Below, piece by piece: positions 27,201 to 36,710 of a stretch of DNA of 64,000 bases. Below the pieces are notes generated by a model. It was not told the DNA's origin and did no database searches. It saw only the letters and a program-made list of their open reading frames with translations. The translations under genes were made by a program, and so were the position numbers. Position 1 is the first letter of the stretch, and each line of letters begins with the position of its first letter. The DNA comes from Octopus sinensis (lineage: Eukaryota): contig NC_043004.1 in NCBI RefSeq assembly GCF_006345805.1, positions 77,562,001 to 77,626,000 of the forward strand. The letters run 5' to 3'.

Positions 27201-30200
27201 CAATATGGATAGTCTTAAGTAGCTTAATATAAAAAGTGTTAACAATATTAGAAGCATAAATGAAGTGTTCAAATGGAGAATGAATGATGGACTCAAAATA
27301 AAATCATATAATCGGACTACCAAAAATGTTTTTGCACTCATATGCTAATTTGGAAATCGTAGAAACACAATGCAGCACATGAATTAAGAAGACCAAATAT
27401 AATAAAGTATTAAAAACATTGTTACTTACCTAACACAGTCAGAATATTTTTTATAATGATGGGAATTGTTTGTTGAAAGATAAAATTGAACATAATTCCC
27501 AATATTGTCATAAATACTATGGGATTTTTGATTACATCTACAAGAATTTTTAAATTAACATAAGGTCGTTTTCTGTTTTCTTGAAAATTATCAGGATTTC
27601 GATTTTTATGTATTTCCATCATGATGAAACAAATAGGGTTAATCAAAGCTAACGAGATGGGAGCAAACAGGTAGATATATTTAAGATATATTGAATTGTC
27701 ACCATATAAGGCTTTCACTGCAATAAAAAGAAGTAAAAATACAAGTAATAAAATAATTTGATAAAACATAACTGATTAATATACACTTAATAAAAGCTTA
27801 TATTGTTTAAAAAAAAAAGAAACACTTCCAATAGAACATGGAATTTTTCTGGAAAGTGAGTAATTCAGTATGTTAACATTGACCTCTATTTAAGTAATGG
27901 AATATGTTGCATAATCACAGACAGATTTTATTAGTGTAATGTGAATGTGTTTTTCCATGTTGGCCTACAATGTGTCACCACTTTCAATCTTTCATTAATT
28001 CATGTGTGATCCATTATCCAAAGAACTTACTACACTATTTCTCATGTCTTCCTCCATCTCAGGCACCTTCAACCATCAGCCTATATCCAATAATCAATCT
28101 TTTATTCATACTACATGCCTGGGATCTTTCCGGTTTGACCGGCAGTTTTTTCTAGCGGTCATATGAAATTGTCACCCATAATTATGACCCTAGTATCGAT
28201 CTATTGCATTTCAATCTGTTTTAGGGTTAAGGTTAGTTAGGGTTAGGGGTGGGGGGAATGTTACCTTTTTTTCTTCACAAATGTAAATAAACCCAATCTG
28301 TTTCTTAAACGAGGGACATATTCATACGGCACAGAATGTTATTTTTACCTCAATAGATGTTATTGATTGGTTGAAATTGCAGAAATTGAAGAAAAAAAAA
28401 ACAACAAATATCTTACAAATTATAGAATTTTCTCAATAAAGCCAAGAGAAAAAGATGTTTTATAAACACATTCTACCAGTATACGAAGTTTAAAAGTGTT
28501 TAGTTACGTGGAAATTATTTTAAAAAACTGCCGGTCAAACCGAAAAGATCCCATGCCTGTGCCAGTGCAGTCGTTGTCTCTCTTGTATACACTGGTTTAC
28601 TTCTCCAGTTCAATTATGCTCTGCTTTTCATCCATATTAATATTATTCATCTAACCATTATGCTCCTTGCGTTTCTCTCTAGCCTCTACAGATCTTCCAC
28701 AATCAATACCCAAGCCTCACTACTATGTTGTGTCAGACGTCTTAAACATGCTTCACACTGACTGCCTTTTGCAGAGATAAATTGTCTATTTTTTTGCAAA
28801 TAGAAGCGACAGTTCCCTGAACATCTACACTTCCTTTCTTATGAGAATTTTGAACATTACTATATTAATATTTTAAAAATTAAAAAGTTATTGCTTTGAA
28901 CTCTGGACTATTCTTCCAGATTTAGGACTTTACTTCCAACTCTGCAATGGATTTTGCTATGAGAACCAAGTCATCGGAACATTAAAGTACCCAATGTTGA
29001 TTAGTCTTCTGTTAAAGCCTCAAAAACTATAACAAATAGAAAGGGACTAATGTGAAAGCCTACCAATACACTGTATCTCTTTCTGAATTTGCTGCCACAT
29101 ACGAGCGGGGTGCAAAGAGCACCATACGAGCATGTTCGTTGACAGAGCAGCTAACCAGCTTCCGTGCCAGTGGCACGTAAAAGGCACCATTCGAGTGTGA
29201 TCGTTACCAGCGTCGCCTTACTGGCACTTGTGCATGTGCTAGTAGGGTGCCAAGAGCACCATCCGAGCATGATCGTTGCCAGAGCAGCCAACTGGTTTCT
29301 GTGTCGGTGGCACGTAAAAAGGCACCATTTGAGTGTGATCGTTACCAACATTGCCTTACTGGCACCTGTGCTGGTGGCATGTGTAAAAAGATTTGAGCGA
29401 GGTCATTGCCAGTACCGCCTGACTGGCCCTCGTGCTGGTAGCACGTAAAAAGTACCCACTACACTCTCGGAGTGGTTGGCGTTAGGAAGGGCATCCAGCT
29501 GTAGAAACTCTGCCAGATCAAGATTGGAGTTTGGTGCAGCCATCTGGTTCGCCAGCCCTCAGTCAAAATCGTCCAACCCATGCTAGCATGGAAAGCAGAC
29601 GTTAAACGATGATGATGATGATGATGGCTTGATTGACACTCACAAGCCAATCATCTACATCTAGTTCTTTACTGTCCACCAGACTAGTTTTAATAGTCTG
29701 GTGGGCAGTAATAACCCTTTTTTCTATGTATAACTTTAAATGTAGAGTAGTTTGGTTTTAAATGAAAACTACTCCTGCAGTTGCCATCATCAGAGATATG
29801 CCATCTATGGCTCTGCATTTTAGTACAAGCACAAACTGCATCATATACAAACTAACCATATTTTGTAATAACTTTGTTATAACTCTCAACTGGTTTAACA
29901 ATTTGTATAAAATCTCTGAAAAAATAACCCCAAATATATGAGATCTTGGTTAATTGGTATGTAGTTAATAGAATCAACCACAATACTTGTACACTAAATT
30001 CATTGCTGTACTCATTGCCAATTTTCACCTTATTGACAGCATCTCTGTAAATGACTTGTACAGCTGTCACCAGCTACTCTTCTATCTCTAGCTTCTGCAC
30101 TGACCACCAGATAAGGGAGCAGACCCTGTCAAAGGCTTTCTCCATGTCAACAAAAGCCAAGTAGAGGTGTTTTATTTTCAGCCACATGCTTCTCCTGCAG

Positions 30201-31258
30201 TTGCCTTACTAGAAAGATAGCATCAGCAGTACTTCTCCCTGGCACAAAACCAAACTACATCAGTTAAGCTATGACCCTCTCTGTAACTTTCATGATCCAG
30301 TCCAGCAATTTGATACCTCTGTACTTGTTTCTGTCTAAGGTGTCACCTTCATAGCAGTTGACTAAAATGCTGCTACACCAGTAGTTGGATGTGACTCCAT
30401 TGTGGACAACTTGATTAACTATACAAGTAACTTGGTCAAAGGTGGCAAGCTGGCAGACTCGTTAGCACGCCAGGCAAAATACGTAGCTGTATTTCGTCTG
30501 CCGTTACGTGTTCTGGGTTCAAATTCCGCCGAGGTCAACTTTGCCTTTCATCCTTTCGGGGTCGATAAATTAAGTACCAGTTATACACTGGGGTCAATGT
30601 AATCGATTTAATCCCTTTGTTTGTCCTTGTTTGTCCCCTCTATGTTTAGCCCCTTGTGGGTAGTAAAGCAATATATGTGAGTAACTTGGTCACAAAATAT
30701 ATGGTAGAATTTCAAATTAAAATCAAAAAGAAGTAAAATAAAAACCTTCAAATTTTCTTTGTCATGAAGGAGAAAATGTACATGAGTAAGACAATTATGC
30801 TTAAAATACTCTCTTTATTACAAAACTAGAAATAGCTGATGCAATTAATTATTAAAATATACTGTATACTTACATATTGGATAGCCAAGGGCAAAATCAT
30901 TGCTGCATGTAGTAAAAATACCAAAAATTCCAGCATAACCAAAGTTGATTGGACGGTAGGTAATAAAAGTGACTAATATGACCAAAGTGAAGATGATGAG
31001 TTTAGAGACTAAGACACACAAAATGAATTTGTAGTTAACTTCTTCCCAGCGAAGTTCCCACATTCCTTGCATGACCATTGCTGGTAAGCAGAAATTCCAT
31101 ACAAAAATTCCAATGCTTTTTCCAGTTTTGAAAGTAATTATTTTTGTCCATCCGGCCCAATAACCAGCGAAGATAACAGCAAAACATTGTACAATAGCAG
31201 GATATAGATTGTTTATGGAACAGTCTCCTGAGCTGGGCGCGATTGTAGAGTTGTTCAT
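9023..31258 (-). CDS. GPR155: GPR155/LYCHOS orthologue (PIN-like transporter domain + GPCR-like TM domain + C-terminal DEP), 14 coding exons
   Basis: Exons in transcript order: 31258-30874, 27717-27430, 26022-25908, 24648-24484(or 24489), 21886-21731, 19165-19082, 18300-18092, 15352-15259, 14992-14737, 13854-13613, 13065-12970, 11717-11653, 10200-10069, 9212-9023. All are AG/GT bounded and phases match except exon 4/5 (see findings). Motifs YPAIVQCF, SNDFALGYP, APISLALINP, KNPIVFM, SALFYLGL, GFLYGTFPTAP, SAPLMF, and DEP FPGKLLCKWLVDAGLA...LYSF align co-linearly with recalled human GPR155. Confidence 0.95.
9529..9931 (+). mobile_element. tRNA-like SINE (family D) with internal (TA)n(TG)n
   Basis: ggagtggctgtgtggtaag...ggttcagtcccactg head and (AAAAGAGT) tail. 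Copies at 31993-33424 (split), 47085-47545, 52612-53450 (split), 60205-60550; partials at 12800-12950, 36530-36700, 37330-37465. Confidence 0.85.
10069..10200 (-). CDS. GPR155: GPR155 coding exon 13
   Basis: CRCFKCCSEGDGINKIDGATQLKCHQFKKYHKTNCRGDIERDI (cf. TCQQFIHYHRDLCIRNI). Confidence 0.9.
10380..10720 (+). mobile_element. Possible LINE 5'UTR remnant
   Basis: GC-rich island in AT-rich intron; gagctatgcc...ggtagggccaccca layout recalls RTE 5' ends. Confidence 0.3.
11143..11214. repeat. Perfect 31-bp-stem hairpin, 10-nt loop
   Basis: CCTGTTTTGGCCACTTGTATTTGTAATCATA / TATGATTACAAATACAAGTGGCCAAAACAGG. Confidence 0.95.
11653..11717 (-). CDS. GPR155: GPR155 coding exon 12
   Basis: GLILFVIFGFDVKMRLGAFLA. 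Confidence 0.9.
12970..13065 (-). CDS. GPR155: GPR155 coding exon 11
   Basis: SLFLNFWRLISGKKTGTYVEVVFFHGVLSSGL; gtaagt donor. Confidence 0.9.
13613..13854 (-). CDS. GPR155: GPR155 coding exon 10 (acidic cytoplasmic loop + TM)
   Basis: VNFTSFEEQNIEDLDL...EESLQISKHIILLLCLLFSMCI; gtaagt donor. Confidence 0.9.
14040..14620 (-). mobile_element. Degenerate RTE/BovB-like LINE fragment
   Basis: Remnants of the WIGHVIRM...LLHGEL...KLKYKDTLK motif. Confidence 0.55.
14737..14992 (-). CDS. GPR155: GPR155 coding exon 9
   Basis: IVIKFVILLISITITSAALIIGQRKQKDKYQLM...QTSQS; gtaagt donor, phase 1. Confidence 0.88.
15259..15352 (-). CDS. GPR155: GPR155 coding exon 8
   Basis: LPVFLTGILFLISWKYYSVSIDPTLQYGLIQ (cf. 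IPALLVGVLL...IDSAFFYGKEQ). Confidence 0.9.
16621..16806 (-). pseudogene. Duplicate of the GPR155 exon 9 acceptor + first 147 nt, lying in intron 7
   Basis: Copy of 14846-15033; exonic part identical. Confidence 0.9.
18092..18300 (-). CDS. GPR155: GPR155 coding exon 7
   Basis: IFRAIGLICCHSDRK...SWACLLSITICILR...FALIGFG; gtaagt donor, phase 2. Confidence 0.88.
18486..18898. mobile_element. MITE, ~30-bp TIRs, 8-bp TSD ATAATGAC
   Basis: GGATGTTTTCGGTTTGAACGGCAGTTTTTT...AAAAAACTGCCGTTCAAACCGAAAAGATCC; TSD at 18478-18485 and 18899-18906. Confidence 0.9.
19082..19165 (-). CDS. GPR155: GPR155 coding exon 6
   Basis: VWICVIFVITRRWKKVPHLFTLCLAISQ; phase 0/0. Confidence 0.9.
20280..21640 (+). mobile_element. 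Degenerate mariner transposase split by the RTE insertion at 20458-21256
   Basis: Left half LLTDEQQENC...FLGSAKVGEKTWVY (cf. TGDETWVY); right half WLLHN...PKLKS remnants. Confidence 0.6.
20458..21256 (-). mobile_element. RTE LINE 3' fragment (ORF end + 3'UTR + tail)
   Basis: Same family as 45150-47043; (ATC)n tail on the left. Confidence 0.85.
21731..21886 (-). CDS. GPR155: GPR155 coding exon 5
   Basis: IASGLVLCTIFSAPLMFISARMMTF...TTFDISTLSLAFC; gtaagt donor. Confidence 0.92.
24484..24648 (-). CDS. GPR155: GPR155 coding exon 4 (3' boundary ambiguous: 24484 or 24489)
   Basis: LLLPLVTWQVIYIVKPGANANETSSLSMNGFLYGTFPTAPSAFIYASQYSIAT. Confidence 0.88.
24715..25190 (+). mobile_element. CR1-type LINE 3' end with (ATT)n tail. 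Other copies on -: 15930-16200, 19745-20040, 61730-62010
   Basis: YPERLTSLGMDTLKLRRL...TRGHIYK...RKHFFTLRVAEAWNKLP. Confidence 0.85.
25290..25720 (+). mobile_element. Degenerate RLE-domain (Hero-like) non-LTR 3' end
   Basis: MEETHTNK...LAIEVGIRGF resembles the EEAHERK...PIEVGCRGF RLE motif. Confidence 0.5.
25908..26022 (-). CDS. GPR155: GPR155 coding exon 3
   Basis: GNAFAASALFYLGLNLVGKTKNQLGIQLVVPFLLVLAK; gtatgt donor. Confidence 0.92.
27430..27717 (-). CDS. GPR155: GPR155 coding exon 2
   Basis: KALYGDNSIYLKYIYLFAPISLALINPICF...KNPIVFMTILG...TVL; gtaagt donor. Confidence 0.93.
28122..28551. mobile_element. Same MITE family, opposite orientation, 8-bp TSD CATGCCTG
   Basis: GGATCTTTCCGGTTTGACCGGCAGTTTTTT...AAAAAACTGCCGGTCAAACCGAAAAGATCC; TSD at 28114-28121 and 28552-28559. 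Confidence 0.9.
29960..30400 (-). mobile_element. Degenerate RTE RT fragment
   Basis: Reverse complement of the LAFVDMEKAFDRV region. Confidence 0.7.
30441..30668 (+). mobile_element. tRNA-like SINE (family B)
   Basis: ggcaagctggcaga...gggttcaaattccgccgaggtc..ctttgcctttcatcctttcggggtcgataaa. Copies at 31793-31990 (-), 35561-35670, 38219-38390, 55030-55310 (-), 59413-59812. Confidence 0.85.
30874..31258 (-). CDS. GPR155: GPR155 coding exon 1
   Basis: ttttccag|CATA-ATG (acceptor at 31263); MNNSTIAPSSGDCSINNLYPAIVQCF...SNDFALGYPI; gtaagt donor. Confidence 0.93.
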
Positions 31259-32236
31259 TATGCTGGAAAACAAGAAATTGCAGCAATAAAAATATATCCG
31301 GAAGACAAGAATAGCATTTAAAAATAATGAGCAGAAATAACAGTTCAAAAAACAACAACAGATACAAGAATGTCAACAACAACATAAATAATAAATAGCT
31401 TGGAAAAACATGTTTGAGGAGCTCTAATTATAGCTACTATTTGCATTATATCTCATAAATATTTATCAATGATAACTGTAAACCATGGCTTGTAGACTGA
31501 TCTAGTATACAAGTCAATCTTAAAGATTCTTACGTGTTAGGCCTTTACCTACTGTATTGCTATAGAGGGAATTACATGGCTGAAACAGATAAAAGGAAGG
31601 TGGTGATGAGGTGCTGGAGCAAACACTCAAGTTACAAGAAAGTGAGCTTAAGAGAGGATAGCGGCAGTGGGTCGTGGGGGGGATAAGAGTGTCAGGGAAT
31701 GGAGGTTAATGTAGTGAGTGATGAATAAGGATGAGGCTGTGGATGATGGGAAATACCAGTATGTAGAGGGGTAAGGTGGAAGATATTTATTTCTTTATTA
31801 CCCAGAAGGGGCTAAACATAGAGGGGACAAACAAGGACAGATAAACGGATTAAGTCGATTATATCGACCCCAGTGCGTAACTGGTACTTATTTAATCAAC
31901 CCCGAAAGGATGAAAGGCAAAGCCGACCTCAGCGGAACTTGAACTCAGAATGTAACAACAGACAAAATACGGCCACGCATTTCGCCCGGCATACTCTCTT
32001 TTTACTCTCTTTTACTTGTTTCAGTCATTTAATTGCGGCCATGCTGGAGCACCACCTTTAGTCGAGCAAATCGACCCCGGGACTTATTCTTTGTAAGCCT
32101 AGTACTTATTCTATCGGTCTCTTTTGCCGAACCGCTAAGTGACGGGGACGTAAACACACCAGCATCGGTTGTCAAGCATTGCTAGGGGGACAAACACAGA
32201 CACACAAACATATACACACACACTTATATATATATA

Positions 32237-33240
32237 TAATGTCAGTGTTCATAGTCGACAGAGTGTAAGTACCTTGAGAGAAAAGTTGGACCTGAGAGGA
32301 ATCAGATGTTGTGTGCAAGAGAGACGATTGCGCTGGTATGGTCATGTGGCGAGAATGGACAAAGATAGGTGTGTAAAAAAGTGCCACACCCTGGTAGTTG
32401 AGGGAACCTGTGGAAGAGGTAGACCCAGGAAAACCTGGGTCGAGGTGGTGAAGCACGACCTTCGAACTCTAGGTCTCACCAAGGAAATGACCAGAGACCG
32501 AGACCGAAGTATGCTGTGCGTGAGAAGACCCGGCAAGACCAGTGAGAACAATCAAAATCAAATCATATATCAGAAAGCAGGGGTTAAGTGACCCATCCGT
32601 TCGTGTCCGCTGTCAGCCTCGTCTGGCACCCGTGCCAGTGATACGTAAAAACACCATTCGCTCATGGCCGTTTGCCAGCTCTGCCTGGCCCCGTGTCGAT
32701 GGCACGTAAAAGCACCATCCGTTCATGTTCGTTGCCAGCCTCGCCTGGCCCCGTGCCGGTGACACGTAAAAGCACCGTCCGTTCGTGGCCGTTGCCAGCT
32801 CTGTCTGGCCCCGTGTCGGTGGCACGTAAAAGCACCATCCGTTCGTGGCCGTTTGCCAGCTCTGTCTGGCCCCGTGTCGGTGGCACGTAAAAGCACCATC
32901 CGTCCGTGTCCGTTGCCAGCCTCGGCTGGCCCCCGTGCCGGTGACACATAAAAGCACCATCCGCTCGTGGCCGTTTGCCAGCTCTGTCTGGCAACCGTGT
33001 CGGTGGCACGTAAAAGCACCATGCGTTCATGGCTGTTCGCCAGCTCTGTCTGGCACCTGTGCAGGTGGCACGTAAAAAACACCCACTACACTCGCGGAGT
33101 GGTTGGCGTTAGGAAGGGCATCCAGCCGTAGAAACACTGCCAGATCTGACTGGGCCTGACGAAGCCTTCCAGCTTCACAGACCCCAGTTGACCCGTCCAA
33201 CCCATGCTAGCATGGAAAGCGGACGCTAAACGATGATGAT
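32237..33240 (+). mobile_element. RTE LINE 3' fragment with expanded ~60-bp tandem array
   Basis: CCVQERRLRWYGHVARMDKDRCVKKC...GRPRKTW, then 8 tandem units, then a (GAT)n tail. Confidence 0.88.
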
Positions 33241-34619
33241 ATATATATATATATATATAGATATACGACAGGCTTCTTTCAGTTTCCGTCTGCCAAATCC
33301 ACTCACAAGGCATTGGTCGGCCCGGGGCTATAGCAGAAGACACTTGCCCAAGATGCCACGCAGTGGGACTGAACCCGGAACCATGTGGTTGGTCAGCAAG
33401 CTACTTACCACACAGCCACTCCTGCTAACGTTTCTGTCAGCTCGCCGCCTTCAAGGTGGAAGATATTGGAGTGGATCAGGAAGGTGAATCAAACAAAGTA
33501 GTAGAATGGTGTGCAAGGCATAGGAACAGTAGAAAGGGAGATATAAAGGGGCTATAGTAAGTGGGACATAATGGTAGATATGAGAATGATAGCAGATAAG
33601 AGAGGTGTTTGGTTATAATGGAGAATAATAGAGGGGAGAGAGAGAGCAGTGGCTGAAGGTAGAGAAAAGGGATGATTGATAGAAATAGAGAGGGCTGAGA
33701 GGATAAGAAATAGATATGATTCCATATATATGCATGTGCAAGTCAGTAAGAATGTCACATAATGCAACAGGTGCAATGACCACCTTCGTTACCTGTATGG
33801 AAATACCCACAGATTTTGACAATGTCTTTTTTTAAATTATACTTTAATTTATTGTTCTTATTCATTTCAAATGAATATACAAATTTCGAAGTATATTATT
33901 GTTGTTAATGATGGCATTAAGAAGGGCATCCAAACAGAGAAACCATGCCAAATCTGACAACGGAACTCAGTGTAGTCCTGCAGCACATCAGATTCTGTCA
34001 AACTATCCCATTCATTCCACTATGGAAAATGGACATTAAATGTTGTTGATGATAATGATGATGATGATGATGATAATGATTGTCATTGCTACTGTAATTG
34101 TTATAATTGTTTGGATCATAGTTAACGAGCAGTTTATCATAACATCACATTTAAAACTTTTGTGAAATTCAATAAAAAACAAAAACTAAAAAAAACTATA
34201 CAGATGTAGCTATCACCTCACCACTATCCCCTTTGACCCCATTACTCATAAAAATGTTCAACTACCCTCCCTCCCCAGGAAGCAGTACTAACCACTTGAG
34301 AAAACACTTTTCTAGCTGATCATTATAATACATATATACTATTACACTTTCGACAAAATACTTAAGTAAACAATACTTACAGATGACTGCCCTAAAGTAG
34401 ACTTAACTGATAGTTATAATATACATACCATATCTCATGTAATAAATTGAATAACATTTCTGCAAAGTACTTCAACCACCTTCTGTTATTTGCATCAGAG
34501 ATGTGTACAAATAGACAATGGCGTTACCAAGTCCACATGACCAATACTCAACATAGTTAGTCACTTGTTTTAACTGTTCAGATTCCATTGTGATCTCTTT
34601 CAAATATTAAAGCTGAATA

Positions 34620-34815
34620 TATTTTATTCCCATACCGACCATCAACAAAAAGAATGAAATATGAAGCTACTTTCAAATTAAAAGTTGTTGAATTTCAGAT
34701 TTCTTCAAACAAAACTGCAGCAATATAGAAGTGCAGAAGAAATGAAAAGCTGGTACGTGATTAGAAGAAAAGTAAAGCTTCCCCAAAGATGCCAAAGAAG
34801 AAATGTGTTGCAAGA
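34620..34815 (+). mobile_element. pogo-like transposase N-terminal relic
   Basis: KRMKYEATFKLKVVEF resembles the Brinker-type DNA-binding domain of pogo transposases; frameshifted. Confidence 0.45.
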
Positions 34816-36671
34816 ATTGACCTTCGTGGCTTCCATGCCGGTGGCACATAACAGGGTACCATTCGAGCGTGATCGTTACCAACGTCACCTTACTGGCACC
34901 TGTGCTGGTGGCATGTGTAAAAAGATTCGAACGAGGTCATTGCCAGTACTGCCCGACTGGCCCCCATGCCGGTGACGCGTAAAAAGCACCCACTACACTC
35001 TCGAAGTGGTTGGCATTAGGAAGGGCATCTGGCTGTAGAAACTCTGCCAAATCAAGATTGGAGCCTGGTGCAGCTATCAGGTTCGCCAGCCCTCAGTCAA
35101 AATCGTCCAACCCATGCTAGCATGGAAATCGGACATTAAACAATGATGATGATGATATAGTATGAAGCCATTAAAGTGAGTTTTGCACAAGTTTAACCAA
35201 TCAAAATGTGTTTAAAATTTTTTTTAAAAAAGACCTGGCACTCCTTCATATGCTGTAATTGTTTGCAATGTAACACCACTCTCTGCTTTCTTTGTTTTGA
35301 CATTCTCCTTTCAAATAATTTAGGTTTAGTTAGATTAAAAAAAAAGATCATTTCTATTGAAAGTTTTAAATAACTTTTTTCATTTGGAAAGTATATATTT
35401 TTTATGTAACTTTCAAAAGACTTAGAAAAAAAAATCACCCACTCTTACAAATTTAACAGATTTTATCCACTACAGTAATTCCTGGAAGACCATCCTCTGA
35501 AATGTAGAGATTGCTTTCTAGTATCCACAGCCCACAAGCTCGTCTGTTCCCCATATTGCGAGCTGGCAGAAACGTTAGCACGCCAGGTGAAATGCATAGC
35601 CATATTTCGTCTGCCGTTACGTTCCGAGTTCAAATTCCGCTGAGGTCGACTTTGCCTTTCATCCTTTCGGTGTTGAATTCCCTCTTTGCCCATGTTTTTT
35701 GTGCAGCCACCAACTTCTTACTGTTCAAGTAGAACAGGAACAACATCAATATCGATGATCTCAGGATGGCATCAAATACCAGTGGGCACAGTGCTGCTAA
35801 ACATAATACAAATATAGTAGCAGACTGCATCTAAACAAAGTCTTAATGGTATGGCATGAAGTCACTCACCAGTATACACAGCCTCAGGCCTACAGACATA
35901 TAGTTTTCTCATTTTGCCCCTTTTATCACTATTACAATAGCCTTTCTTTCTCAGACTTGGCTGATCTTTGCCGCATTCAATTAACCCATCTGGCTCACTT
36001 ATTGCTCCTTCTCTCATCATACATAATATCCCACCCTCTGGGTCTCACACTAACCACATTTCTCTTGTGCAGGCACATGGCCTAGAGGTCAGAGCAGCGG
36101 ATTCGCGGTCGAGGGATCGCGGGTTCGAATCTCAGACCAGGCGATGTGTGTGTTTATGAGCGAAACACCTAAGTTCCACGCGGCTCCAGCAGAAGGTAAT
36201 GGTGAACTTCTGCTGACTCTTTCACCATAACTTTCTCTCACTCTTTCCTCCTGCATCTTGCAGCTCACCTGCAACAGACTGGTGTCCCGTCCAAGTGGGG
36301 AACCTATACGCCAAGGAAACCGGGAAACCGGCCCTTATGAGCCGGGCATGGCTCGAGAAGGAAAAAATCAAAACAAACATTTCCCTTGTTCTTTCTCCCC
36401 ACAATGTCATTCTTCTTAAATTCCCTCTTTAACCATTTTATCCTACAGCTATCTACTTGGAGTTGCTCAGAAGGCTCATCAACCATGTTGATCTCACTGA
36501 TCTTAGAGAGTCTGGCCTGGGTTGTATAGTCAAGAAGATTACTTCCCAACCACATAGTTTAAGGATCAGTCCCACTGCATGACACTTGGATAAGTATTTT
36601 CTTCTATACTCTTAGGCTGACCAAAGTCTTGTGAGTGGATTTGGTAAATGGAAACTGAAAGAAGCCTCGTG

Positions 36672-36710
<39 letters not shown>

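Noticed and set aside
28222-28248. Interstitial telomere / chromosome fusion scar
   Set aside because: Only a few degenerate TTAGGG units, internal to a MITE present twice.
31259-31348. Upstream extension of GPR155 exon 1 in the ORF track
   Set aside because: It is polypyrimidine/intron sequence ending in an acceptor at 31263.
32590-33085. CRISPR-like regularly spaced repeats
   Set aside because: Whole ~60-bp units repeat with no unique spacers, there are no cas genes, the context is eukaryotic, and the array lies inside an RTE 3'UTR.
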